A stretch of DNA of 64,000 nucleotides from positions 169,632-233,631 of the forward strand of contig CP144790.1 in assembly GCA_036689315.1 (NCBI GenBank), read 5' to 3'. This DNA is from Candidatus Stammera capleta. GTDB taxonomy: Bacteria; Pseudomonadota; Gammaproteobacteria; Enterobacterales; Enterobacteriaceae. Below, piece by piece: positions 18,825 to 29,947 of the stretch (position 1 is its first letter; each line of letters opens with the position of its first letter). Both the position numbers and the translations under genes were made by a program. The notes under the pieces were generated by a model, which made no database searches, was not told the DNA's origin, and was given only the letters and a program-made list of their open reading frames with translations.

Positions 18825-19739
18825 TTACCTAAAATTTTTATTTTTTATATTTTTAATAAAAAAATAAAAACTATTATCTAATTTAGATTTAAAAGTAATT
18901 ATTTTTTTTTTATATGGATGAAAAAATGAAATTGAATAAGAATGAAGATACAATCTATTATTTTTTATATTTTTATTTTTTTTAATACCATAAATTTTAT
19001 CACCTACAATTGGATAACCTAAATTACTTGTATGTATTCTAATTTGATGATGTCTTCCTGTTAAAGGTTTTATTTTTAATAAAGTATAATTATTAATATA
19101 TTTTTTTATTTTAAATAATGTTTTTGAATATTTACCAATATTATTTTTTTTATAAAGATAATTATCTAAATATTTTATAGATTTAGGAAATTTACCATGA
19201 ACTAATGCTATATATTCTTTTTTTATATTATTTTCTTTTAAATATTTTTGTAATATACATAAAAATTTTTTATTTTTTGATAAAAGTAAAATTCCAGAAG
19301 CATACATATCTATACGATGTACTAATTGCAAATATTTTAAATCAGATTTTATATATTTATATATATCAATTATATTATTAGAAATATTTTTACCACTATG
19401 TACAGGAATTCCATATGGTTTATTTATTACTAATAATAATTTATCTTCATAAATAATATTTTTTCTAAATTCAAATATTGTTTTTTTATTTAAATTTAAA
19501 ATTTTTTGTTTTTTTTTTAAATTAATAAAAGGTAAATTAATTATATCATTTTGTTTTAATTTATAAAAAAATTTTATTTTTTTTTTATTTACTTTAATTT
19601 TTCCTTTTCTTAACATATAATATATATCATTTTTAGATATAAATTTTATTTCCCTAATAAGAAAATTATCAATTCTTTGATTCAAATAATTATAATTAAC
19701 TTTTATAAAATTTAATAAAATATCTTTTTTTGTTTTCAT
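18825..19739 (-). CDS. rluC: 23S rRNA pseudouridine synthase RluC
   Basis: 304 aa with an S4-like N-terminus, HRIDMYASGILLLSK and TGRHHQIRIH. It is divergent from rne, exactly as in E. coli. Confidence 0.85.
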   Translation of the reverse strand: MKTKKDILLNFIKVNYNYLNQRIDNFLIREIKFISKNDIYYMLRKGKIKVNKKKIKFFYKLKQNDIINLPFINLKKKQKILNLNKKTIFEFRKNIIYEDKLLLVINKPYGIPVHSGKNISNNIIDIYKYIKSDLKYLQLVHRIDMYASGILLLSKNKKFLCILQKYLKENNIKKEYIALVHGKFPKSIKYLDNYLYKKNNIGKYSKTLFKIKKYINNYTLLKIKPLTGRHHQIRIHTSNLGYPIVGDKIYGIKKNKNIKNNRLYLHSYSISFFHPYKKKIITFKSKLDNSFYFFIKNIKNKNFR

Positions 19740-19864
19740 AAAAATAATTAATAATTTATTATTAATTATATATTAATTAAATTATAATTAATATATAAAT
19801 TATTAAAAAAAAAATTTTTTCTATATTTATATTTAAATAATATTAATTATTTTAAAAATTTATA

Positions 19865-21361
19865 ATGAAAAGAATGCTAATAAATGCAACACAAATTGAA
19901 GAACTAAGAATAGCTTTCGTTAATAAACAAAAACTTTATGATTTAAAAATAGAAAATATAAAAAATAAATCCAAAAAATTAAATATTTATAAAGGAAAAA
20001 TAATAAAAATAGAACCTAGCTTAAATGCTGTATTTGTAGATTATGGATCATTTAAATATGGTTTTTTACCCTTAAAAGAAATATCAAAAGAATATTTAAA
20101 AAAAAACAATAAAAATATAAATAATATTTTATATATAGGTAAAGAAATATTAGTTCAAATAAATAAAGAAGAAAGAGAAAATAAATGTGCTCTTTTAACA
20201 ACATTTATTTGTTTAATTGGTAATTTTTTAATTTTAATGCCAAATAATCCAAAAATCAAAGGAGTTTCAAAAAAAATAGAAAAAAATGAAAGATTAAAAA
20301 TAAAAAAAAATATATCTTTATTAGGTATTCCCAAAAAAATGGGATTTATAATAAGAACATTAGGATCAGGAAAATCAATAAAAACATTAAAAAATGATTT
20401 ATATATAAAATTAAAAAATTGGGAATACATTAAAAATAAATTTAAAAAAAAAAAAAATCCTGGTGTTTTATATCATGAAAATAATATATTTTTAAATATC
20501 TTTAGAGATTCAATAATAAAAGATATAGATGAAATATTAATAGATAATATTAAAATTTATAAAATAATAAAAAAATTAAAAAATAATAATTATAAAAATA
20601 AAATTAAATTTTATAAAGGAAATATTTCATTATTTAATTATTTTAAAATAGAATCACAAATAGAATCTGCATTTATAAGAAAAGTAAGATTACCATCAGG
20701 AGGTTGTATTATTATAGATAATACTGAAGCATTAACATCTATTGACATAAATTCATCAAAATCAACAAAATCAAAAAATATTGAAAATACAGCTTTTAAT
20801 ACAAATTTAGAAGCAACAGAAGAAATTTCAAGACAATTACGTTTAAGAGATATAAGTGGTTTAATTGTTATTGATTTTATCGATATGTATACAGAAAAAA
20901 ATAAAAAAATAATTGAAAAAAATTTAAAAGAAAAAACAAAAAATGATAGAGCAAAAATTAAAATAGGATATATATCTAAATTTGGTTTACTTGAAATGTC
21001 AAGACAAAGATTAAATCCATCATTAAAAGAATCTAATTATTATAAATGTCCAAGATGTAAAGGAAATAGAATAATTAGAAATTATAAATCTTTATCTTTA
21101 TCTATACTTAGAATAATAGAAGAAAAATCATTAAAAAAAAATACAAATATAATTTATGCAATAGTTCCAATAAATATAGCTTCATATTTACTAAATAAAA
21201 AAAGAAAAAATTTATACATTATAGAAAAAAATATAAAACCAAAAATAAAAATTTATATTATTCCAAATAAAAAAATAAAAAATCCTAATTTTTTTATAAT
21301 TAGAAAAAAAAAAGGAGAAAAATATAATAAATTTAATTTATTAAAAAAAAAAAATAAATAA
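19865..21361 (+). CDS. rne: Ribonuclease E, catalytic N-terminal half only
   Basis: 498 aa. MKRMLINATQIEELRIAFVNKQKLYDLKIE...NIYKGKIIKIEPSLNAVFVDYG is nearly identical in pattern to E. coli RNase E residues 1-60. It has the Zn-link CPRCKGNRIIRN. It is divergent from rluC, which favours rne over rng. Confidence 0.88.
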   Translation: MKRMLINATQIEELRIAFVNKQKLYDLKIENIKNKSKKLNIYKGKIIKIEPSLNAVFVDYGSFKYGFLPLKEISKEYLKKNNKNINNILYIGKEILVQINKEERENKCALLTTFICLIGNFLILMPNNPKIKGVSKKIEKNERLKIKKNISLLGIPKKMGFIIRTLGSGKSIKTLKNDLYIKLKNWEYIKNKFKKKKNPGVLYHENNIFLNIFRDSIIKDIDEILIDNIKIYKIIKKLKNNNYKNKIKFYKGNISLFNYFKIESQIESAFIRKVRLPSGGCIIIDNTEALTSIDINSSKSTKSKNIENTAFNTNLEATEEISRQLRLRDISGLIVIDFIDMYTEKNKKIIEKNLKEKTKNDRAKIKIGYISKFGLLEMSRQRLNPSLKESNYYKCPRCKGNRIIRNYKSLSLSILRIIEEKSLKKNTNIIYAIVPINIASYLLNKKRKNLYIIEKNIKPKIKIYIIPNKKIKNPNFFIIRKKKGEKYNKFNLLKKKNK

Positions 21362-21386
21362 ATATATTTAAAAATAAGGAAAAATT

Positions 21387-23840
21387 ATGGAAGAAATATA
21401 TAAACCACAAAAAATTGAAAAATATGTACAAAATTTTTACAAAAAAAATAAAACTTTTTTAACAAAAAAAAATAAAAATAAAAAAAAATATTATTGTTTA
21501 TGTATGTTACCATATCCATCTGGTTTTTTACATATGGGTCATGTAAGAAATTATACATTAGGTGATATTATTTCAAGATATCAACGATTATTAAAAAAAA
21601 ATGTTTTACATCCAATTGGATGGGATTCATTTGGATTACCAGCAGAAAATGCTGCAATAAAAAATAATTTATCTCCTTTTATATGAACAAAAAAAAATAT
21701 AAAACAAATGAAAAAACAATTAAAAAAATTAGGAATAAGTTATGATTGAGAAAAAGAAATAAATACAAGTAATCCAATTTATTATAAATGGGAACAATGG
21801 TTATTTATAAAATTATTAAAAAAAAAATTAATATATAAAAAAAAAGAAATAGTAAATTGGTGTAAAAATGATAAAACTGTTTTAGCAAATGAACAAGTAA
21901 TAAAAGGTAAATGTTGGAGATGTAATTCATATATAGAAAAAAAATATATTTCTCAATGGTTTATAAAAATTACAAAATATGCTGAACAATTATTAAATGA
22001 TATAAAAAAATTAAAAGATTGGCCTGAAAAAGTAAAAAATATGCAAAAAAAATGGATAGGTAAATCAAAAGGAATTGAAATTATTCTTAAAATTCCACAA
22101 TTAAAATCAGAAATAAAAATATATACACATAAAAAAATTTTTATTTTAACATCATCAGCAATTTCTATTTCTATATATCATAAAATTTTTAATTTAATGA
22201 AAAAAAAAAAATATAGATATATAAAAAAAATAGAAAAAAAAATTATTTTTTATAAAAATAAAAATATATTTGATATTGGTTTCTATTCATATTTTTTTGC
22301 TATAAACCCTTTAAATAATAAAATACTTACAATATGAATAACAAATTTTACAGAAGAAATATATAATACAAAAGCTATTTTTATAAATAAAAAATATAAT
22401 GAAAAACATAAAAATTTTATAAAAAAATATAATTTATATATTAATAAAATTAAAAAATTAAATATAAATAAAAAATTATTTTTAAAAAAAAAATTAATTT
22501 TTAATAAAACTAATTATAAATTAAAAGATTGGGTAATATCAAGACAAAGATTTTGGGGTGTACCTATACCAATAATAAATAGAAAAAAAAAAATAATACC
22601 TGTAAAATTAAATAAATTACCAGTAATTCTTCCAAATAAAAAAAATTATAATATTTCATTAAAAAAAAATAAAAAATGGAAAACAATATTCATAAAAAAC
22701 AAAAAATACATAAGAGAAACAGATACATTTGATACATTTTTAGAATCATCATGGTACTATATAAGATATATTTCTCCTAAAAATAAAAAAAATATTTTTG
22801 ATATAAAAGAAGCAAATTATTGGTTACCAATAGATATATATATTGGTGGAATAGAACATGCAACAATGCATTTAATATATTTAAGATTTATTAATAAAAT
22901 AATAAGAGATTTAGGATTAATAAAATATTCAGAACCAGTAAAAAAATTATTATGTCAAGGAATGATATTATCTAAAACATTTTTTTATATAAAAAAAAAA
23001 AAAAAAATATGGGTAAATATTAAAAATGTAAAAGAAAAAATTATAAAAAATAAAAAATATTTCTTCACTAATGATAAAAATAAAAAAAAATTATATTATG
23101 GAGGAATAAAAAAAATGTCAAAATCAAAAAATAATGGAATAAATCCTATAGAATTAATAAATAAATATGGAGCTGATTCATTAAGATTATTTATAATTTT
23201 TTCTGCACCAATAGAAAATAATTTAGAATGGAATGAATTTGGAATTATAGGTTGTTATAAATTTTTAAATCGTTTATGGTCTTTAGTTTTTAATTTAAAA
23301 AAAAATAAATTATATAAAATAAAATCAGAAAAAAATTACAAAGAAAAAGAAAATATTAAATATTTTTTATATAAAACAATAAATGAAGTTACAAAAGATA
23401 TTTCAGTTAAATATAGTTTTAATACAGCAATATCAACAATAATGAAATTTATAAATATATTAAAAAAATTTATTTTATATTCTTATAATGATTATTTAAT
23501 AAAAAAAAGATGTATAAATATAATAATTATATTATTATATCCATTTACACCACATATATGTTTTTATTTATGGAATAAAATGGGTAATAAAAATACAATA
23601 GAAAAAGCATCATGGCCAAAAGTTAAAAAAAAATACTTAAATAAAGAAAGAAAAATAATTATTGGTATACAAATAAATGGAAAAATTAAAAAAAAAATAT
23701 ACATAAAAAATACTTTATCAAAATTAGAAATAGAAAAAAAAATATATAAAAAAAAATTTTTAAATTCTTTTTTAAAAAATAAAAAAAAAATAAAAAAAAT
23801 TTTTTATATAAAAAATAAAATAATAAACTTTATTATTTAA
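21387..23840 (+). CDS. leuS: Leucine--tRNA ligase
   Basis: Track ORFs 21387-21686, 22041-22337 and 22866-23840 are one frame, with TGA at 21684, 21747 and 22335. These align to E. coli LeuRS Trp residues (APWTYDN, YDWSRE, PVWAANF). It has HIGH ([15 protein letters not shown]) and KMSKS (KMSKSKNN) motifs. Length is 817 aa. Confidence 0.93.
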
Positions 23841-23851
23841 TTAAATTATTA

Positions 23852-24562
23852 ATGAAAAAAATTACTTATGAAAAATTTTTAAAAAAAAAAATACTAAAAA
23901 ATATTTTTTTGATTGTTGGAAATGATGAATATAAAAAAAATGAATGTAAAAATATAATTTTAAATTCAATAAAAAATAAATATAAAAAAATAAATTTTTT
24001 TAATTTATTATTAAATAAAAAATTTAAAATTGAAAATATAAAAAAATATATTATTTATAATAGTTTATTTTCAAATAAAATAATTATTTTATTAAATATA
24101 ATAGAAAATATAAAAGAAATAATAAATATATTAAAAAAAATTTTAATAATATCAAAAAATAATAATATTTTTTTTATATTTAAATTTGAATATAAATTTA
24201 ATTTAAACAATTTTTTAGATAAAAGTATTATTATATCTTGCAATAAAAAAAATAATTATCTTATAAAAGATATATATTTTTTTAAAAATATAAAAAATGA
24301 AAATATAAATAATTTTATAAAATCTTTTAAAGAAAAAAATTTAAAAAAAAATATTTATTTTTTTAGAAAAATAAAAAAAGATAATATTGAAAAAAAAATA
24401 ATATTAAATATAATTTTTTTATTTTTAATAAAACAAAAAAATTTTTTTAAATATAATTTAATTTTAAATATAATAAAAAAATATGAATTAAAAATAAAAA
24501 AAAATAAAAATATTCTTTGGTCAGATATAGAATTAATTTCTATAAAAATAATAAAATTATAA
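23852..24562 (+). CDS. holA: DNA polymerase III delta subunit (shortened)
   Basis: 236 aa. IFLIVGNDEYKKNECKNIILNSI, NSLFSNKIIILLNIIEN and IIISCNKK match E. coli HolA AYLLLGNDPLLLQESQDAVRQVA, MSLFASRQTLLLLLPEN and VQVTCQTP. It lies downstream of leuS as in E. coli, and lptE is absent. Confidence 0.65.
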   Translation: MKKITYEKFLKKKILKNIFLIVGNDEYKKNECKNIILNSIKNKYKKINFFNLLLNKKFKIENIKKYIIYNSLFSNKIIILLNIIENIKEIINILKKILIISKNNNIFFIFKFEYKFNLNNFLDKSIIISCNKKNNYLIKDIYFFKNIKNENINNFIKSFKEKNLKKNIYFFRKIKKDNIEKKIILNIIFLFLIKQKNFFKYNLILNIIKKYELKIKKNKNILWSDIELISIKIIKL

Positions 24563-26404
24563 ATTTTTTTTTATATTATTATAATTAATATTTTCAGATA
24601 TTATACTTTTTAAAAATATTTCTTTGTATGCATATACAGTAACTTTTTTTTTTGCTCGTGTAATTGCTGTATAAATTAAATTTTTATTTAATATTGGAAT
24701 ATAAAAATTGGGTAATAATAACAAAACATGATCAAATTCAGATCCTTGTGATTTATGAACAGTAATAGACCATACATTTTCCCAATTAGGCAAACTATTT
24801 ATATGAATATTTTTTATATTATTTACATAATTTAAAAAAATTACATTTAAATTTTTTTCACTATTTAACATAAAAATACCAATATCACCATTATTTAAAC
24901 ATAAATCACTATTATTTTTATTTATTATTATTGGTTCACCTAAATAATGATAACAATTATGAATTTTATAAAAACATATATTATTAACTAAATTATTTTT
25001 TAATAAATAATTATTAATATTTTTATTTAAAAAATTAACTCCAAATTTTGTATCTTTTAATATACAAATTAATTGAAACTTATTAAAAAATGAAAAAATT
25101 TCACATAAATTATAAATATTATTTATTTTATTTATATATTTAATATACATTTTTATACAAAAATTAAAAAAATGAAAATAATTAAATTTATTAAGATCAA
25201 AAAAATCAAAATTTACTTTTATTTTTTTTTTTTTTATAAATTTATCTATTTTTTTTATATAACTATTTTTTATATAATTTGATATTTTTAATAAATAAGA
25301 ATTTTTATTAACACGATAATTTTTTTTTAAAAAAAAAATATTACTTACATTAATAAAATATTTTTTATTATATAAATATAAAAAATATTTATTTAATATT
25401 TTTTTTAAATAAATATTTTCTTTAAAAAAAAAAGTATTTTTATTACATATTTCATTAAATATAGAACCAGCTTCAACAGAACCAATTTGATTACAATCAC
25501 CAACAAATATAATTTTTGTATTACTATATAAAGAAGAAAAAAGAAAAAATGAAGTAGATAAATCAATCATAGATGATTCATCTATAATTAAAACACAAAT
25601 ATTAAGTTTATTATTTATATTATATTTAATATTATTTTTATAATAATTAAAACCTAATAATTTATGTATTGTTATAGCTCTATTAGGAAGTATTTTTATT
25701 AATTTTTTATCTAATTTTAATTCTTGATATATTTTATTTAAATAATTTGTCAAACAAGCAGAAGATTTACCTGTAGGTGTAACAATTCTTACATAATTTT
25801 TATTTTTAAAATTGAATAATTTATATAAAATTATAACTAATTTAACAATTAATGTTGTTTTACCAGTTCCTGGACCACCAGAAATAATTGTTATTCTATT
25901 AATAATAGAAGAAATTATAGATAAACTTTGATAAATATCTAATTTAAAATTAATTAAAAATTTTTTTAATTTAAAAATATATTTTTTTTTTAAATTAATA
26001 TTTTTATTTATATTTTTTTTTAAATAATAAATAAAATAATTTTCATAAAACCAAAATTTATATATATATATACAATTATTATTAAAAATTAACGGAGTTT
26101 TTTTTTTTTGAAATGAAGAACTAATAATATTTTTATAAAATAATATTTTTAAACAATTATTTATTGTAATTAAAGAAAAAAAATAAAATAAAAATTTTAA
26201 AATATATTCTGAAAATATATCTCTGCTTAATATTTTTTCTATAGGTAAACATATATGTCCTAATCTATTTGATAAACTAGATATTGAAGCAAATAACATT
26301 GATATATAACATTCTTTAAATAAATTAGCAAAACATATATCTATTTTATTCATTTCTTTTTTTTTATAACAATCTAATAAAAATTTATCAATATTTATAA
26401 TCAT
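24557..26404 (-). CDS. recD: Exodeoxyribonuclease V alpha subunit RecD
   Basis: 615 aa with Walker A GGPGTGKTT, IIDESSMID, and VHKSQGSEFDHVLLLLP (E. coli VHKSQGSEFDHAALILP). Confidence 0.92.
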   Translation of the reverse strand: MIINIDKFLLDCYKKKEMNKIDICFANLFKECYISMLFASISSLSNRLGHICLPIEKILSRDIFSEYILKFLFYFFSLITINNCLKILFYKNIISSSFQKKKTPLIFNNNCIYIYKFWFYENYFIYYLKKNINKNINLKKKYIFKLKKFLINFKLDIYQSLSIISSIINRITIISGGPGTGKTTLIVKLVIILYKLFNFKNKNYVRIVTPTGKSSACLTNYLNKIYQELKLDKKLIKILPNRAITIHKLLGFNYYKNNIKYNINNKLNICVLIIDESSMIDLSTSFFLFSSLYSNTKIIFVGDCNQIGSVEAGSIFNEICNKNTFFFKENIYLKKILNKYFLYLYNKKYFINVSNIFFLKKNYRVNKNSYLLKISNYIKNSYIKKIDKFIKKKKIKVNFDFFDLNKFNYFHFFNFCIKMYIKYINKINNIYNLCEIFSFFNKFQLICILKDTKFGVNFLNKNINNYLLKNNLVNNICFYKIHNCYHYLGEPIIINKNNSDLCLNNGDIGIFMLNSEKNLNVIFLNYVNNIKNIHINSLPNWENVWSITVHKSQGSEFDHVLLLLPNFYIPILNKNLIYTAITRAKKKVTVYAYKEIFLKSIISENINYNNIKKNL

Positions 26405-29400
26405 TTATTAATCTCTTTTTTTCCAAAAAAATTACTTAAATAATATATTAATTTTTTTTTTGGTTTTACAAAAAATATACCAGTTTTAGTTTTTTTATTT
26501 TTATCTAAAAATAAACCCCTTAAAAATATATAATATATACCACCAAAATTATAATTAAAATTATAATTTTTTAATTTTAATTTTAAATAATTATGTAAAG
26601 CTATTGAATATAATTGATATTGAATATCATATCTATATTCACATATTACTTTAATTAAATTTTTTTTATTATAATCATCATAATCAAATCCAATTCAATT
26701 TGTTTTATAATCAATAATATAATATTTATTTTTATAAATAAATATTAAATCTATAATTCCATTTAAAAAACCTTTTAAATAAAAAAATGAATCTATATTA
26801 GTACATAATTTTGATATAAAATCAAATTTATTAATAATTAAATTATAATTATAAAAATTAAAATTTTTTTTTATAGGTAAAATAAATTCAAATTCTTTAA
26901 AAAAATAAACTATATTTTTATTAGATATACTTATATTTAATTTATCTAATTTTACATATAAAAAATTATATAATAATTTTTTTATATTTAAATATAAATT
27001 TTCATTTATATCAAATTCATTTAATTTAGAAAAAATAAAATGTTTATCTATTTTTTTTTTACTAAAATTAATTTCTTCTAATATTTTATGAAAAAAATCT
27101 CCTATTTTTTCACCTTTAGGAAAAATATTATTTTTATATTTTTTTTTTTCTTTTTCTTTTTCATTTAAAATTTTTAAATCAAAATCAATCAAATATTTTT
27201 TATTCTTTAAATCACAAATAATATTAGAATAATTAAATATTTTTTTTTTTAAAAAATATTTTTTTTCAATTTTTATTTTTTCAAAATTAAATATATTTTT
27301 ATAATTAATTTCTTTATATTTTAAATAATAATTTTTATTTTTTAAATAAATAAATTTATGTAATATATATTTACAATAAAATGAATTTAAAAAAATTTTT
27401 TTTAAATTAAAAAAAGAATAATTTTTATTATTACCTATTAATTTTCCTATTGAAGTAAGAAAAAATGTTTTTTTTGATTTTTCAATATCATATAAAAATA
27501 TATTACATTGATAAACAGATCTAGTTATTGCAACATATAAAAGACGCATTTCTTCAGAAAATATTTCTTCTTCTGATAATTTTTTATTTTTTTTATAAAA
27601 ATCTATATTTAAATTATAATTTTTTCTATCATGATAAATTAAATAATTTTTTTTTTTTTTTTAAATTAATAATATATGGCAAAAAAATTATATTATATTG
27701 TAAACCTTTTGATTTATGTATAGTTAATATTTGTATAGAATTATAATCATTATTATATGATTTAACAAAATATTCATTTTTTGTTATTACATATTTATTA
27801 TATATTTTATTTTTTAACCAAAAAAATAATGACATTTTATCATTAAATTTAAAAGATTTTTTTTGTAATATTTCAGCAATATGAATTATATTTATAATAT
27901 ATTTTTTATTATTTTTTAATGAATAAAAATTTTTAAAAATATTATTTTTATTCAATAAAAATTTAATCATTGTAAATATATTATATTTAGTCCAAATATC
28001 AAAATATAAATGAAATTCACTTATTATTTTATTTAACATAAATTCATCATTTAAATAATTATGAATATCTATTAAATTTAAACCAAAAATATATGTAGAT
28101 AAAGCATTACTCATATTTACTTTAGATTCTGGAAATAAAATAGATTTTAAAATAAATAAAATATCTTTAGCTTCTTTTGTATAAAAAATATTTTTTTTTA
28201 TAGCAGATGAAGTAACTGGTATATCTAAATCATTAAAAACATCAAATAATATTTTTACTTCCATATTAGAATGAACAAGAATAGCAATATCAGATCCAAT
28301 AATTTTTCTTTTTTCTTTTTTTTTGTTAATAATAAAAATTTTTTTATCTATACAAAATAATAAATTTTTTATTAATTTTGCACAATATTTAGCCAATAAA
28401 TATTTATAATTATAATTATTTTTAATATTAAAAATAAAAAATTTTATAGAAAAATCTATTTTTCCATTTTTAATTATATAAAAATATTTATTATTTAAAG
28501 GAAATTTAACAGAAAAATATTTAATTTCTTTAAATATAAATGGATTATCAAATCTATTAAATAAATAATTTAAACTTTTAATAAAAAAAAAAGAAGAACG
28601 CCAATTAAAATTAAATCTAAATAAACATTTTATTTCTTTTTTTAATTTTATATAATTAAATATATTTGCACCTCTAAAAGAATAAATTGATTGTTTAGGA
28701 TCACCAATAAAAACTATTTTAGTTTTTTTTTCAGATAAATTATTTATATATATTTTTTTAAATATATTATATTGAAAAAAATCAATATCTTGACATTCAT
28801 CTATTAAAACTAAAGGAAAATTATTTCTAATAATATTTATTAATATTAAATTATTTTCTTTATTTATAGATTTTTCTAAATAAATTATTAAATCATTAAA
28901 ACTTAAAAAAAAATTTTTATTTTTTTCATAATTTAATTCTTTATTTACATAAACAAAACATTTATTAATTATATAATTATAAAAATCATTTTTTTTATTC
29001 AAAAATTCATCAATAAAATAAAAAAATTGATTTTTTTTAAAAAAAGAAATATTATTTAAATATAAAAATATTTTTTTATAACTAAATTTAATTAATATTT
29101 TAGGAAAAAAAAAATCTGAAGTATTTTCTTTTGCCCAATTATAAATTTCATAAAACCATTTATCTAAATTTTTTTTATTAAAAATATAATTATTTACATT
29201 ATTTTCTAATATAAATTTATATAAATATTTTTCATTTTTTATAAAAAAATTTTTTAAAATTTTTATTTCATTTATAATTTTTTTATAACAATCATAAATA
29301 GAAGAATAATTTTTATTTATTTTAAATTTAAAATCAATAAAATTAAAAAAATTAATAATTTCTTTAAATAAAAATTCTGGATCAGGCCAATAATATATAA

Positions 29401-29932
29401 TAATTTTTATTATATTTTCATCTAAAGGATAAAATTCTTTTCTTCAAAAATTAATAATTAATTTATAAATTAAATCATGTTCAGATTTTAAAATTTTATA
29501 ATAAAACTTGTTTTTTGATTCAAAAAAATTATTAAAAAGTATTTTTTTACAAAATCCATGTATAGTAAAAATAGAAGAAAAATCTTTTTGATTTTGATAT
29601 TTATTTAATAAATTAATAATATTAGGTATTTTTCTTATTATAAAAAATAAATCTTTAATTTTTTCACTTACTATTTCATTCTTTATACAAGAAATATATA
29701 ATTTTTTTATTAAAGAAAAAATTCTATTTTTAATTTCTATTGTTGCTGATTCAGTAAAAGTAACTACTAATAATTTATCTATATTAAAAGAACAAAAAGA
29801 TTTTTCTATATTAATTCCTAATAGAAATCTTAAATATAATAATGAAATTATATGAGTTTTTCCAGTACCAGCTGACGCCTCAATTAAATTACTATCTTTT
29901 AAATTAACATTTAATGGATCAAATCCTATCAT
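26395..29932 (-). CDS. recB: Exodeoxyribonuclease V beta subunit RecB, frame broken in an A16 tract
   Basis: Track ORFs 29444-29932 and 27629-29002 share a frame, with TGA = Trp between them (INFWRKEFYPL versus E. coli DFWRRHCYPL). ORF 26695-27549 is in another frame, and the switch lies in T16 (plus strand) 27647-27662. Motifs: ASAGTGKTH, TIHKSKGLQY, MRLLYVAITRS, and the nuclease motif GIIDLIF...YYIIDYKTNW. Total is about 1179 codons (E. coli 1180). Confidence 0.85.
27647..27662 (-). repeat. A16 (minus strand) homopolymer at the recB frame break (needs -1 or +2 nt)
   Basis: The upstream frame ends at TAG 27626-27628. The frame giving YLIYHDRKNY...MRLLYVAITRS is open from 27660 downward. Confidence 0.9.
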
Positions 29933-29947
29933 ATTTTTATTTATTAA

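Noticed and set aside
21387-23840. Many conserved genes (leuS, sufB, sufS, recB, recC, thrS, pheT, fldA, map, gltX, lepA, yidC, tal, PAP2) appear fragmented into 2-5 ORFs in the track, which suggests massive pseudogenisation.
   Set aside because: The fragments of each gene are in the same frame, separated only by TGA, and the TGA codons align with conserved Trp. This is a genetic-code effect (table 4), not gene decay. Only six loci have real frame changes, all inside homopolymers.
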